Part shown: positions 18,573 through 26,564 of the stretch, piece by piece
How the letters are laid out: each line of letters begins with the position of its first letter
Numbering within the stretch: the stretch's first letter is position 1
Source: Candidatus Thorarchaeota archaeon
GTDB taxonomy: Archaea > Asgardarchaeota > Thorarchaeia > Thorarchaeales > Thorarchaeaceae
Direction of reading: 5' to 3'
Assembly: GCA_003345555.1 (NCBI GenBank)
Contig: PRDJ01000024.1
Location: 1-28,563 of the forward strand
Length of the DNA stretch: 28,563 bases
Position numbers and translations under genes: made by a program
Notes under the pieces: model-generated
What the model was told of the DNA's origin: nothing
Database searches by the model: none
Seen by the model: the letters and a program-made list of their open reading frames with translations, nothing else

Positions 18573-19882
18573 CCGGGGAGAAGGTAGTAAGGATTGAGCC
18601 CGTGACCAGGCTCGAGGGTCACGGCGACGTAACCATCAAGATTGGAAAGGACGGCAGAGTAAAGGACGCGCAATTCAGTGTTACGTCGACCCGGTTCTTC
18701 GAGAAATTCCTAGAGGGTAGGTTCGCCGAGGAGGCGCCCAAGTTTGCCTCAAGAATTTGCGGGATTTGTCCTGAGCCACATCATCTGGCCGCAGTGAAGG
18801 CTGTCGAAGCGGCTTGGGACATAACTCCGCCCGCACCAGCCGTGAAACTGAGAAGGCTCTTGATTAATGCGAAGCAGTTCAGCAGTCATGCACTTCATTT
18901 CTTCGCATTAGCCGCTCCTGATTTCTTGGCTGGTCCCTTTGGGGATCCTGCTAAGAGGAATCTGGTCGCCATAACCAAAGCACTGCCGGATGTTAGCAAG
19001 ATGGCGTTGCAGATGATGCAGTTCGGCCAAGAACTCGCTGCGGCGATAGGTGGAACAGCGATTCATCCAGTCACAGCTGTGCCCGGAGGAATGCTCAACC
19101 CATTCTCTGAGGAGAAACGCGATCAGTTCCTGAAACGGATTAGCGATGTGAAACAGTGGACAACAAGCACCGTTGCCCTAGCGAAGAAGATCATGGATGA
19201 CTACGTGGATGTCGTCACTAAGCTCGCCGTGGGACCCACGTACTACGTTGGGACACACAGCAAGGGTGCCTTGGAGATTTATGATGGCAGCATCAGGATT
19301 ATGGACACTGCGGGCGAAATCGTGGAGGATTTGAAACCAAAGGACTACAGAAAGTCCTTCGCCGAGTACGTACCCGAGCACTCCTATGCGACCCATGTCT
19401 ACTACAAGCCCGTAGGATACCCCGCCGGCATATGGCGGGCTGGCTCGTTAGCCCGAATTAACATCGCCGATAAGATGGCTACGCCTCTTGCTCATGAAGC
19501 CTTGGAAGAGATGAGAGCCAAACTCGGACGCCCGGTCCATGCCACATTTGCTTACCACTGGGCTCGAATAATCGAGCTTGTCCAAGCGGCGGAGGAAATC
19601 GAAGGTCTTCTCAAGGACCCGCAGATTGTAAACAATGACGTTAAGCTTCTGGACGTCAAACCGAAGAAGGGAGATGGTGTAGGGTGCGTGGAAGCACCAA
19701 GAGGCACTCTAATACATCACTATTGGACTGACGAGCAAGGCCTCATCACAAAGGCAAACATGATTGTGGCCACCAACAACAACATCGGTGCCATTGAGAA
19801 GAGCCTGATGGAAGTAGCGAAACAAGTGTTCGAACAGAAAGCTCACCAGAAACTGAAGCTTCCAAAGCCAGTAATCAGTTAA
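18569..19882 (+). CDS. mvhA: Hydrogenase large subunit A, N-terminal part only (VhuA-type; lacks the C-terminal CxxC motif)
   Basis: The GTG at 18569 overlaps the mvhG TGA. Motifs IEPVTRLEGH, RICGICP (L1) and EAPRGTLIHHY are present. The protein ends at TAA 19880-19882 with no DPCxxC. Confidence 0.92.
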   Translation: MTGEKVVRIEPVTRLEGHGDVTIKIGKDGRVKDAQFSVTSTRFFEKFLEGRFAEEAPKFASRICGICPEPHHLAAVKAVEAAWDITPPAPAVKLRRLLINAKQFSSHALHFFALAAPDFLAGPFGDPAKRNLVAITKALPDVSKMALQMMQFGQELAAAIGGTAIHPVTAVPGGMLNPFSEEKRDQFLKRISDVKQWTTSTVALAKKIMDDYVDVVTKLAVGPTYYVGTHSKGALEIYDGSIRIMDTAGEIVEDLKPKDYRKSFAEYVPEHSYATHVYYKPVGYPAGIWRAGSLARINIADKMATPLAHEALEEMRAKLGRPVHATFAYHWARIIELVQAAEEIEGLLKDPQIVNNDVKLLDVKPKKGDGVGCVEAPRGTLIHHYWTDEQGLITKANMIVATNNNIGAIEKSLMEVAKQVFEQKAHQKLKLPKPVIS

Positions 19883-19893
19883 GGAGGATACGA

Positions 19894-20046
19894 ATGAAAG
19901 AAGATATCGACGAAGGACTGCTCAACCTTCTTGAGATGGTTGTGCGCTGCTATGACTGCTGACTCTCGTGTGCCGCTCATATCGTCGTTGTTGATGATGA
20001 GGGGCACACGATAGCAGAGAAGGAATTGACGGCAGGCGACGAATGA
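19894..20046 (+). CDS. vhuU: Selenocysteine-containing small hydrogenase subunit U, 50 aa with Sec at residue 23 (not in the ORF track)
   Basis: SD AGGAGG at 19882-19887 and ATG at 19894. Translation: MKEDIDEGLLNLLEMVVRCYDC(U)LSCAAHIVVVDDEGHTIAEKELTAGDE*. The in-frame TGA at 19960-19962 occupies the Ni-ligand position of the L2 motif, and the frame is conserved on both sides of it. Confidence 0.93.
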
Positions 20047-20103
20047 AGACTCGGGCGAAAAACCTTGGCCCAGTCTGACAACTCTCGCAAGAGCTTGCCT
20101 GCC
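20031..20103 (+). promoter_or_regulatory. Eukaryote-like SECIS element overlapping the vhuU stop codon
   Basis: Helix I pairs GGCAGGCGA (20031-39) with UUGCCUGCC (20095-103). The core is AUGAA (20043-47) opposite UGAC (20076-79). Helix II pairs GACU-c-GGGC with GCCC-AGUC. The apical loop is GAAAAACCUUG. A side hairpin CUCU(CGCA)AGAG is also present. Folded by eye. Confidence 0.8.
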
Positions 20104-20196
20104 TGAGTCCTGTGAAACCTCTAGAACCCATTGTGAGCCTTACGAAGCCAGAGTCAACAGCTTTCGGTAATCCGGAATCTGTCGGGAAGGCTGAGC

Positions 20197-23100
20197 CTAC
20201 TCTAGAAAGAGCGATACTCTGCCCGGAAGAGCGAACCGGGCCTTGTTCTGGGGATCGTATGCTGGTTTCTCTGCTGAATGTACAACTACTTCCATGCCCA
20301 ACTCAGATTGTATGTAAGAAGCAGAGCTTCTCAGGGCATGCTGTTCGTCTTTTGCACTCGCGGAATGACCCCAGAGGCCGTTCTCTTTTGCTATTCTGTC
20401 GACAATCACTTTGACTTCCTTTGTGTAGGGCTTGAACTCTGCAACTGACATCAGATGCTTCATTATGTCGCCGACCTTGATTGGAAGATTCGCTTCACGG
20501 ATACTCCGCATCGCATCAAACATCCAAGCCGGAGCAATGTAGACGTGAACCTTCTTTGGCTTCTCACCCTTCATGAGTTTCATAATCTCTCGCACGTCCC
20601 GGATCGTAGATTCCACAACGGCCTGTGCATCTTCGATAGCTGAATCCATGAGTTTACTATCCGGCTCAGGCCAAGGCGCCAAGGAGACGTATCCTTCACG
20701 CTTCATCTTCGACCACACCTCCTCGCAGATGTGGGGAGCCAGCGGTGCAGCTAGACGAACCCATATGTCACACACGTAGGCTAAGGTTGCTTGCTTTTCC
20801 TCTGCAGGAACCTCTCTCCTATTGAGATAATAAGTAACGACCCGCGGCATCTCTGACATCACCAGCAAGGCGTAGTCGCGCAACTTGAAGCTATCAAGAC
20901 TCTCGGTGCATTCCTTGGCTATCGTGTTAGCTTTGGAAAGCAACCAACGGGTTATCATCGTGGGCTTGTCCTTCTTCGCGTATACGCGAGGGACCTTGGT
21001 CGCATACTTGTTTACGATTTCCGTGAACTGGCTTACCTTGCTCTTCACAGTGGGCACATCTCGCTCTCGCCAGTCCATGAGCGTGCCGGGTTCTGCTGCA
21101 GATACCACGTAGGTTCGGTAGATATCGGCTCCGTACTTCTTTGGAATCTCAACAAGGGGAATCACATTCCCCTTGCTCTTTGACATCTTCATACCTTCCA
21201 TGTTTACGTGCTCGTTGAGACTAATGCACTTCAGCCAATGCTCCTTTGGGAATATGGCCACATGATGGAAGATCGCGAAGCTAAGATGGTTCGATATGTG
21301 AGATGGGGCCGTGTGTCGTTGATCATTTGGGTACCAGTACATGAACTCATCATGCATCGACTTGAGTAGGGCAGACTCTACCCCGGTCTCCTTCGAAACG
21401 TCCCTCAGATTGCCGATTCCCAAGAACACGTAGTCGAAGAAACTGAGAGTCAGCTGTTCGGGTTTCAGCCTGTTGCCCGTTATCTTGTGGGCGATAGTAT
21501 AGAATGCCATGTAGATTGTTGAGTCTGATAGTGACTCGATTATCCATTCGGGATCGAATGGAAGTCTGGTACCTATACCTCTCTTGCGGGCGCACGGTCT
21601 CTGAGTCAACCAGTCGAAGGTCGCCTCAAATTGATGCCGGAATGTATCGGGGACTATCGACATAGTATCCAGTGCTTGTCGTGCTTTGTCCTTCCAGCCC
21701 GGACTCAGATAGTCCAGAAACCATTGTCCTGCGAAGACACCCACTTGGACATTCGTTCCACACTTGCAGACTACAGGACGCCGGTCAGGCTCGTAGAAAA
21801 CGTCGCAAAGCTTCTTCGATTTCATCCATGCAACGACTTGGTCCTTGACATCTTTGATGGCCCGGCCAGAGAACTGACCACAGTTGTCCTTCATCACTCC
21901 GCCGTAGAACTCTGCCTTGTAGATCTCCTGAGTTGCCTCCTCGAGGCGTTCCGCTTCAGCCTGAGATTTGATCCCTCTTTTTTCCACAATCTCTTTTGCA
22001 GGGAACTCCCCGTAGCCCTCGATAGCAATCATGCCAATCATCTTGATGGCTCGGATATTGTCTGCAGATATTCCGTACCGTGCGACGCTCGAGGGATTGT
22101 CCCACAGGTCTTGCAATGCTATATAGTCGAATGGCGCATGTCCCGGGACAGAATAGACAACACCTGTGGCATTGTCCGCGTCAACGAAATCCGCCGGCAG
22201 AATAGGCATCTCATGCTGATCGTGTACGGCACGAAACTTCTTGCCGATGATTCTCGCTCCCGGGAAGGTGTCAAGAACCTCGACCTTCTTTGCCTGCAGC
22301 TTCAACTTTTCGGCCGCTGCTTGAGAGATCATCCATTTTTCGCCGTCAACACGCGCCCAGACATAAGTCGAACTTGGATTTATCCACATGTTGGTGACGC
22401 CAAAGATGGTTTCAGGACGTAAGGTCGCAGGGACAATGAATCCATCTTCAAAACCGAACTTGATCGCCGTGAATTCCTTGATCTTCGCATCCTCGCCTTT
22501 CAGCAGGTCGTCCTCTCCCACAGGATTGCCGTCATGAGGACAGTACAGAATCGGGTAGGCGCCTTGACGAATGTAGCCTTTGTCCATGAACTTGTGATAC
22601 TGCCATGTAACAAACTGATTGTAGATCCGGTCCCCTGTCGTGAACTTCCTGCGCCAGTCTATGCTGTAGCCTAGTGCCTTGAAATCTGCGGAGATTGCAT
22701 CCGCGAAGAACTTGGCAGTCACCCAGGGGTCAGTGAACTTCTTCAGTTGTGCATCGACTGCCTCTTCGCTGTCAAGGTAGAGGCGAAGGTCTCGCTTGTA
22801 CTGCTCGATTGCATCATGATCACCCGCTTTGATTCTCTCCACCATTCCCACAATTGGAGTGCCCGTCATGTGTGATGCCATAGGAAAGAGAACATTGTAG
22901 CCACGCATTCGTTTGTATCTAGCTATCAGATCTCCTACGGTGTAGGTTCTACCATGGCCGATGTGGAGTGCACCATTGGTATATGGATACGGCACAGTGA
23001 TGAAGAACTTCGATCGCTTTGGGTCAGGATCAGCTTCGAAAATCCTATCTCGTTCCCAGCGCTTTTGCCATTTCTTCTCAACCTTGACATATTCACTCAT
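20197..23100 (-). CDS. leuS: Leucyl-tRNA synthetase, archaeal type
   Basis: Motifs TVPYPYTNGALHIGH and GMKMSKSKGN, the editing-domain motif ATLRPET, and the C-terminal ALPGRVSLFLE. The likely start is ATG at 23100 (MSEY). Confidence 0.97.
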   Translation of the reverse strand: MSEYVKVEKKWQKRWERDRIFEADPDPKRSKFFITVPYPYTNGALHIGHGRTYTVGDLIARYKRMRGYNVLFPMASHMTGTPIVGMVERIKAGDHDAIEQYKRDLRLYLDSEEAVDAQLKKFTDPWVTAKFFADAISADFKALGYSIDWRRKFTTGDRIYNQFVTWQYHKFMDKGYIRQGAYPILYCPHDGNPVGEDDLLKGEDAKIKEFTAIKFGFEDGFIVPATLRPETIFGVTNMWINPSSTYVWARVDGEKWMISQAAAEKLKLQAKKVEVLDTFPGARIIGKKFRAVHDQHEMPILPADFVDADNATGVVYSVPGHAPFDYIALQDLWDNPSSVARYGISADNIRAIKMIGMIAIEGYGEFPAKEIVEKRGIKSQAEAERLEEATQEIYKAEFYGGVMKDNCGQFSGRAIKDVKDQVVAWMKSKKLCDVFYEPDRRPVVCKCGTNVQVGVFAGQWFLDYLSPGWKDKARQALDTMSIVPDTFRHQFEATFDWLTQRPCARKRGIGTRLPFDPEWIIESLSDSTIYMAFYTIAHKITGNRLKPEQLTLSFFDYVFLGIGNLRDVSKETGVESALLKSMHDEFMYWYPNDQRHTAPSHISNHLSFAIFHHVAIFPKEHWLKCISLNEHVNMEGMKMSKSKGNVIPLVEIPKKYGADIYRTYVVSAAEPGTLMDWRERDVPTVKSKVSQFTEIVNKYATKVPRVYAKKDKPTMITRWLLSKANTIAKECTESLDSFKLRDYALLVMSEMPRVVTYYLNRREVPAEEKQATLAYVCDIWVRLAAPLAPHICEEVWSKMKREGYVSLAPWPEPDSKLMDSAIEDAQAVVESTIRDVREIMKLMKGEKPKKVHVYIAPAWMFDAMRSIREANLPIKVGDIMKHLMSVAEFKPYTKEVKVIVDRIAKENGLWGHSASAKDEQHALRSSASYIQSELGMEVVVHSAEKPAYDPQNKARFALPGRVSLFLE

Positions 23101-23330
23101 TTGTAGAAGCCTCGGCACATGTCTTGGGAATTAAAGGAGCCACAAGTCATACACGCTATAAAGGAAACGCAGAAGGAGTGTCGTCTATGACCTGAGAACG
23201 CAATCCATCCTTGGCTCACTCGGACTTCAACACATACTGGCCTCTTATTAGAGCTTTGGATGACTCCATTTGACCAACCCACCTGCGTCTACGGGAATAG
23301 AATGAAAAGGTCCTCGGAGGCCATGGACTT

Positions 23331-23978
23331 ATGGATACTGGTTGGATGAGAGACTCGAGTGGGGAGTTCATAGATATCCACAAGGATCTCCTTACCTATG
23401 AACAGGCCCTATCATTCTTCCGAATGATAGAAGCTGAAGGTAGTATCAAGGAATACTGCAATGGCGGGAATGCAGGAGGAAGGTGGGTCTTCCAGATATT
23501 CAACAGCGAGTTCGTCGCTGAACTTGCAGATGTAATCAGATTGTCGCTCATCGCCGTACCAAGTAAGGGGCCCGTCTTGGAAGTTATGGCAGGTGACGGA
23601 AGACTCACTGAGTTTCTGACGCCGCTCGTGAATCGTGAGATCATTGCGACCGACAGTAAGGATGGGCGTTATGATATAGCATACCCCAAATGGGTGCAAA
23701 AGATGGAGGCACATGACTCGATTGAACACCATCACCCGTCATTCGTAATATTCAGCTGGGAACCGTTTCTCTCCGAGGCTGGGTTAAGTGTGGTTCGCAG
23801 TGGATTGCCGACTGCATGGATTGGTAATCCTGAACGGTGCGGCCACGCGGATCTCTTCAAAAGAAAGTACATCAAGAAACAAAGCCGCTACGCACTGTGC
23901 AGGCACGATTCATTTACTGACAGCAAATTCGTGAGCGACCTCTATCTCTTCAACTGCAAAGAGAAATGGTTCTCATGA
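23331..23978 (+). CDS. Hypothetical protein with a class I SAM-methyltransferase-like motif I
   Basis: VLEVMAGDGRL followed by IIATD resembles the SAM-binding Rossmann motifs I and II. Confidence 0.55.
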   Translation: MDTGWMRDSSGEFIDIHKDLLTYEQALSFFRMIEAEGSIKEYCNGGNAGGRWVFQIFNSEFVAELADVIRLSLIAVPSKGPVLEVMAGDGRLTEFLTPLVNREIIATDSKDGRYDIAYPKWVQKMEAHDSIEHHHPSFVIFSWEPFLSEAGLSVVRSGLPTAWIGNPERCGHADLFKRKYIKKQSRYALCRHDSFTDSKFVSDLYLFNCKEKWFS

Positions 23979-24099
23979 CCGGACTCACGACCTTGTGATA
24001 GATGACTGACTCCCCAGCCGTGTAATGAAGCCCGTGTCATACACTCCTTCATATTGAATGCGACAGAGAAGACCGCAGCAGTCCGAAGAAGGCCGACGC

Positions 24100-25041
24100 A
24101 TGGTTAAACCGGAAGTGGATGCTGTTGACATCGACGTAAAGACCGGCAATACTCTTGGGTTCTATAGATTCGGCACTGACCGGCCCAATGTGTTCATTCT
24201 CTCCGCAATGGATGGATCTTCAGCCACAGGTGTATATGCCACATACCTGACAATGAAACACTTGGAGGGATTAACCAGGATTGATGGCTCACTTACGTTG
24301 CTGCCCGTGGCAAACCCACTGTCATTTAGACTGGGGGCAAAGTTGTCGCCTCTGGACTCTCTTGATCTTGATGCCGTATTCCCAGGCGATGAAAGAGGAA
24401 CCGTCACGCAGCGCACTGCTTGGGAAATATGGAGAAGGGTATCCCAAGCTGACTACGTCATAAATCTAAGGACAGGATGGCAGTCTTGCATGAGTCACAT
24501 AGTGGCAATGCATCGTGAGTATATTCACGTAAGGAACATGGCAACTCAAATCGCCCTTCCACTAGTCGTTCAAGCACCGGGAAACAGAGGTTCGTTGACC
24601 ACAGAAGCAGCACATGAGGGAATCGCGGTCGTTAGTATTGAGACCAGAGGAACGAAACACCAAGTCGATCCACAAGCTGCTGTCGAGGTCAGGGAGGCGA
24701 TACTCAATTTCCTGAGAATCAAGGACATGATTCCAGGGGAGAGGATTGAGACGTCCTGTATTCTTGCCGGAAGGACGCAGTCAGTCAATACGGACAGAGA
24801 GGGATTCTTTGTTCCTACTACGCGTCCGGGAGAAGCTATCCGTCGCAACGAGGTTATTGGCCAGATTCAGGACAAGGGCGATGTAACATCGCCGTATGAG
24901 GGCAGGGTCGTGTCCCTGAGTGATATGAATTTCGTATTCGAAGGAGACATCATTGGAAGAATCGCAACACCTGTGGCAGAACAGCGAGCCGAACCGGAAC
25001 CAACCGAAGAAAGGGTAGCACCCAAGAGAAGGAAATGGTAA
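24100..25041 (+). CDS. Succinylglutamate desuccinylase/aspartoacylase (M14-like) family protein with degenerate Zn ligands
   Basis: Fold motifs GSLTLLPVANP, DLDAVFPGDERGTVTQR and SIETRG plus a C-terminal barrel-sandwich region (GEVIGQI...SPYEGRV). HGxE is replaced by DGSS and DLH by NLR. The likely start is ATG at 24100. Confidence 0.75.
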   Translation: MVKPEVDAVDIDVKTGNTLGFYRFGTDRPNVFILSAMDGSSATGVYATYLTMKHLEGLTRIDGSLTLLPVANPLSFRLGAKLSPLDSLDLDAVFPGDERGTVTQRTAWEIWRRVSQADYVINLRTGWQSCMSHIVAMHREYIHVRNMATQIALPLVVQAPGNRGSLTTEAAHEGIAVVSIETRGTKHQVDPQAAVEVREAILNFLRIKDMIPGERIETSCILAGRTQSVNTDREGFFVPTTRPGEAIRRNEVIGQIQDKGDVTSPYEGRVVSLSDMNFVFEGDIIGRIATPVAEQRAEPEPTEERVAPKRRKW

Positions 25042-25066
25042 GCGCGTGCCAACCCCACCACTTGGC

Positions 25067-25672
25067 CTATCTTTTCCTCAGTGACGGCAGCATGAACCCT
25101 GCTTTCTTCTTGTAGTCCAGATATTCCTGCCCATAACGAACGATTAGCTTTCTCTCCTCAAGCCGCGCGCCAATTAGTACGTAGACGCAGAATGATAGAG
25201 AGAAGACTATGATTCGTGGGAACGGATACAAAGCGATTAGTGCAAGAAAGAGCAGTATCGTAGCCAAGTACAATGGATGTCGTACGCGCCTGTATATACC
25301 TCCAGTGACCAACTCTGGTTTTCTGTCCGTCCGCATGTCAGCCACGGTACTCACAGAAAGCACTCTAGAAGCTGCCACCGCTATCGTGGCACCTGCTACT
25401 ATCAGTGTGACTGCAATCAGGAAGTATACTAGGTTTAGTGGGTCCAGAGAACGAATGAAGTAGAACCAATCCCAGAAATTCAACGACAAGAAAGGAGGAA
25501 CGAGCGCGATTATACTTGTCACCTTGTATATGTTTGCATAGGCCGAGACACCCCACTTGTCAATTATCCTCGACTTGATCCTTAGTGCCGAGAGGCCACT
25601 GTGTTGAAGACCGAACAGCGTGACGCAAAACACGATGACTAGATACTCGTTCAAGAGATAGGACCGGCCCAC
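25067..25672 (-). CDS. Isoprenylcysteine carboxyl methyltransferase / MddA-like membrane methyltransferase
   Basis: Motifs LFGLQHS, LVTGGIYRRVRHPLYL and EERKLIVRYGQEYLDYKKK with hydrophobic helices. Confidence 0.8.
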   Translation of the reverse strand: MGRSYLLNEYLVIVFCVTLFGLQHSGLSALRIKSRIIDKWGVSAYANIYKVTSIIALVPPFLSLNFWDWFYFIRSLDPLNLVYFLIAVTLIVAGATIAVAASRVLSVSTVADMRTDRKPELVTGGIYRRVRHPLYLATILLFLALIALYPFPRIIVFSLSFCVYVLIGARLEERKLIVRYGQEYLDYKKKAGFMLPSLRKR

Positions 25673-25763
25673 AGGACGCGCCGCCTCTGAATAAAGCCAT
25701 GCTTGTAGGAAGAGTAGTGTGTTAACGTACCCGGTGACGGAGTGAGAAGAAACTCACAATGCC

Positions 25764-25810
25764 ATAAAGTTATAAGTCTAGAAGCCGATTCTTAACAATA
25801 GTTAAGAATC
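25764..25810 (+). promoter_or_regulatory. Archaeal BRE/TATA promoter followed by a perfect 10-bp inverted repeat (candidate operator)
   Basis: ATAAAG-TTATAA at 25764-25775. The repeat GATTCTTAAC-AATA-GTTAAGAATC spans 25787-25810 and is followed directly by SD AGGTGA at 25811-25816. Confidence 0.65.
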
Positions 25811-25821
25811 AGGTGATTGTG

Positions 25822-26391
25822 ATGAAGAACGTACCAATGAATCCATTCGTTCCCATAGAAGCATGGGACGACACGACCGTCACCGTCAAGGAAGGCGATG
25901 ACGACAAGAAAGTCGACGCTAAACGCTACTACGTTCGATATGTCGTCGGCGAGAGCGACGATAGAAGATTCGTAGATAGTGGCAACGATGTACCAGATCA
26001 GGTAGATGAGAAGACTATCTATATGGCGCCTTCTATCCACAAGGTTGCCGGGGAGCCTTTCCACTACGACAGGGACAGAGTGTTAGCGATGACCGGACAA
26101 GACAAACTGGATAGCTCCAAGCGCCTCGTCCGTAGCAATGCATGTTCCGAGCATGAGAAGATTGAGGTCGTATTTGAGAGCCCCGGAGTCGAGTGCTGTG
26201 CCATGTCCAAGGAAGAGGCGGACCAGCAGGTAGTACCCACACAGTATCTAGCAGGCTACCTTCTAGGTAGAAGTGAGGGACTGTTCAAGGTAGCTCAGTC
26301 GAAGACCGTACTGGACGACGGAACAGTATACTACGATAACATCCACATCATTCCAGAGGAGATAGTCAAGAATTGGTCGTGCGTCGACTAG
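25822..26391 (+). CDS. Acidic hypothetical protein (189 aa)
   Basis: Clean ORF with SD AGGTGA 5 nt before ATG 25822 and its own promoter. No family recognised. Confidence 0.75.
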   Translation: MKNVPMNPFVPIEAWDDTTVTVKEGDDDKKVDAKRYYVRYVVGESDDRRFVDSGNDVPDQVDEKTIYMAPSIHKVAGEPFHYDRDRVLAMTGQDKLDSSKRLVRSNACSEHEKIEVVFESPGVECCAMSKEEADQQVVPTQYLAGYLLGRSEGLFKVAQSKTVLDDGTVYYDNIHIIPEEIVKNWSCVD

Positions 26392-26437
26392 AAACAAAAG
26401 CATCAACTTTTATTTCTGGAACTCAAATCCAGAGATT

Positions 26438-26484
26438 CGGGCGGATTAACCGAGCAGTGAATGGCTCATCCGCCCGTCTTTTTT
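26438..26484 (+). terminator. GC-rich hairpin followed by a T-tract (candidate terminator or structured RNA)
   Basis: CGGGCGGAT (26438-46) pairs with ATCCGCCCG (26468-76), with an inner GAGC/GCTC pairing, followed by TCTTTTTT. Confidence 0.55.
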
Positions 26485-26564
26485 GCGATTAAGGTTGGGC
26501 GGGCGTTACCTAAGCTAAGTTGCCCTCTTTGAAGCCAGAGCGGGTCGTAAGAGGCACTCATACG

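Noticed and set aside
19882-19893. Frameshift or assembly error splitting mvhA
   Set aside because: There is a clean TAA, a strong SD (AGGAGG) and an ATG at proper spacing. The same split point is known from VhuA/VhuU.
19960-19962. Alternative genetic code (global UGA reassignment) or pseudogene as the explanation of the in-frame TGA
   Set aside because: UGA clearly terminates other genes here (4249-51, 14834-36, 18570-72, 23976-78). The single internal TGA falls exactly on a Cys/Sec ligand and is accompanied by a SECIS, tRNA-Sec and PSTK.
21631-22422. 263-aa plus-strand ORF and the many other 60-180 aa ORFs overlapping called genes
   Set aside because: They are antisense or off-frame shadows of well-supported genes (here leuS) and carry no recognisable motifs.
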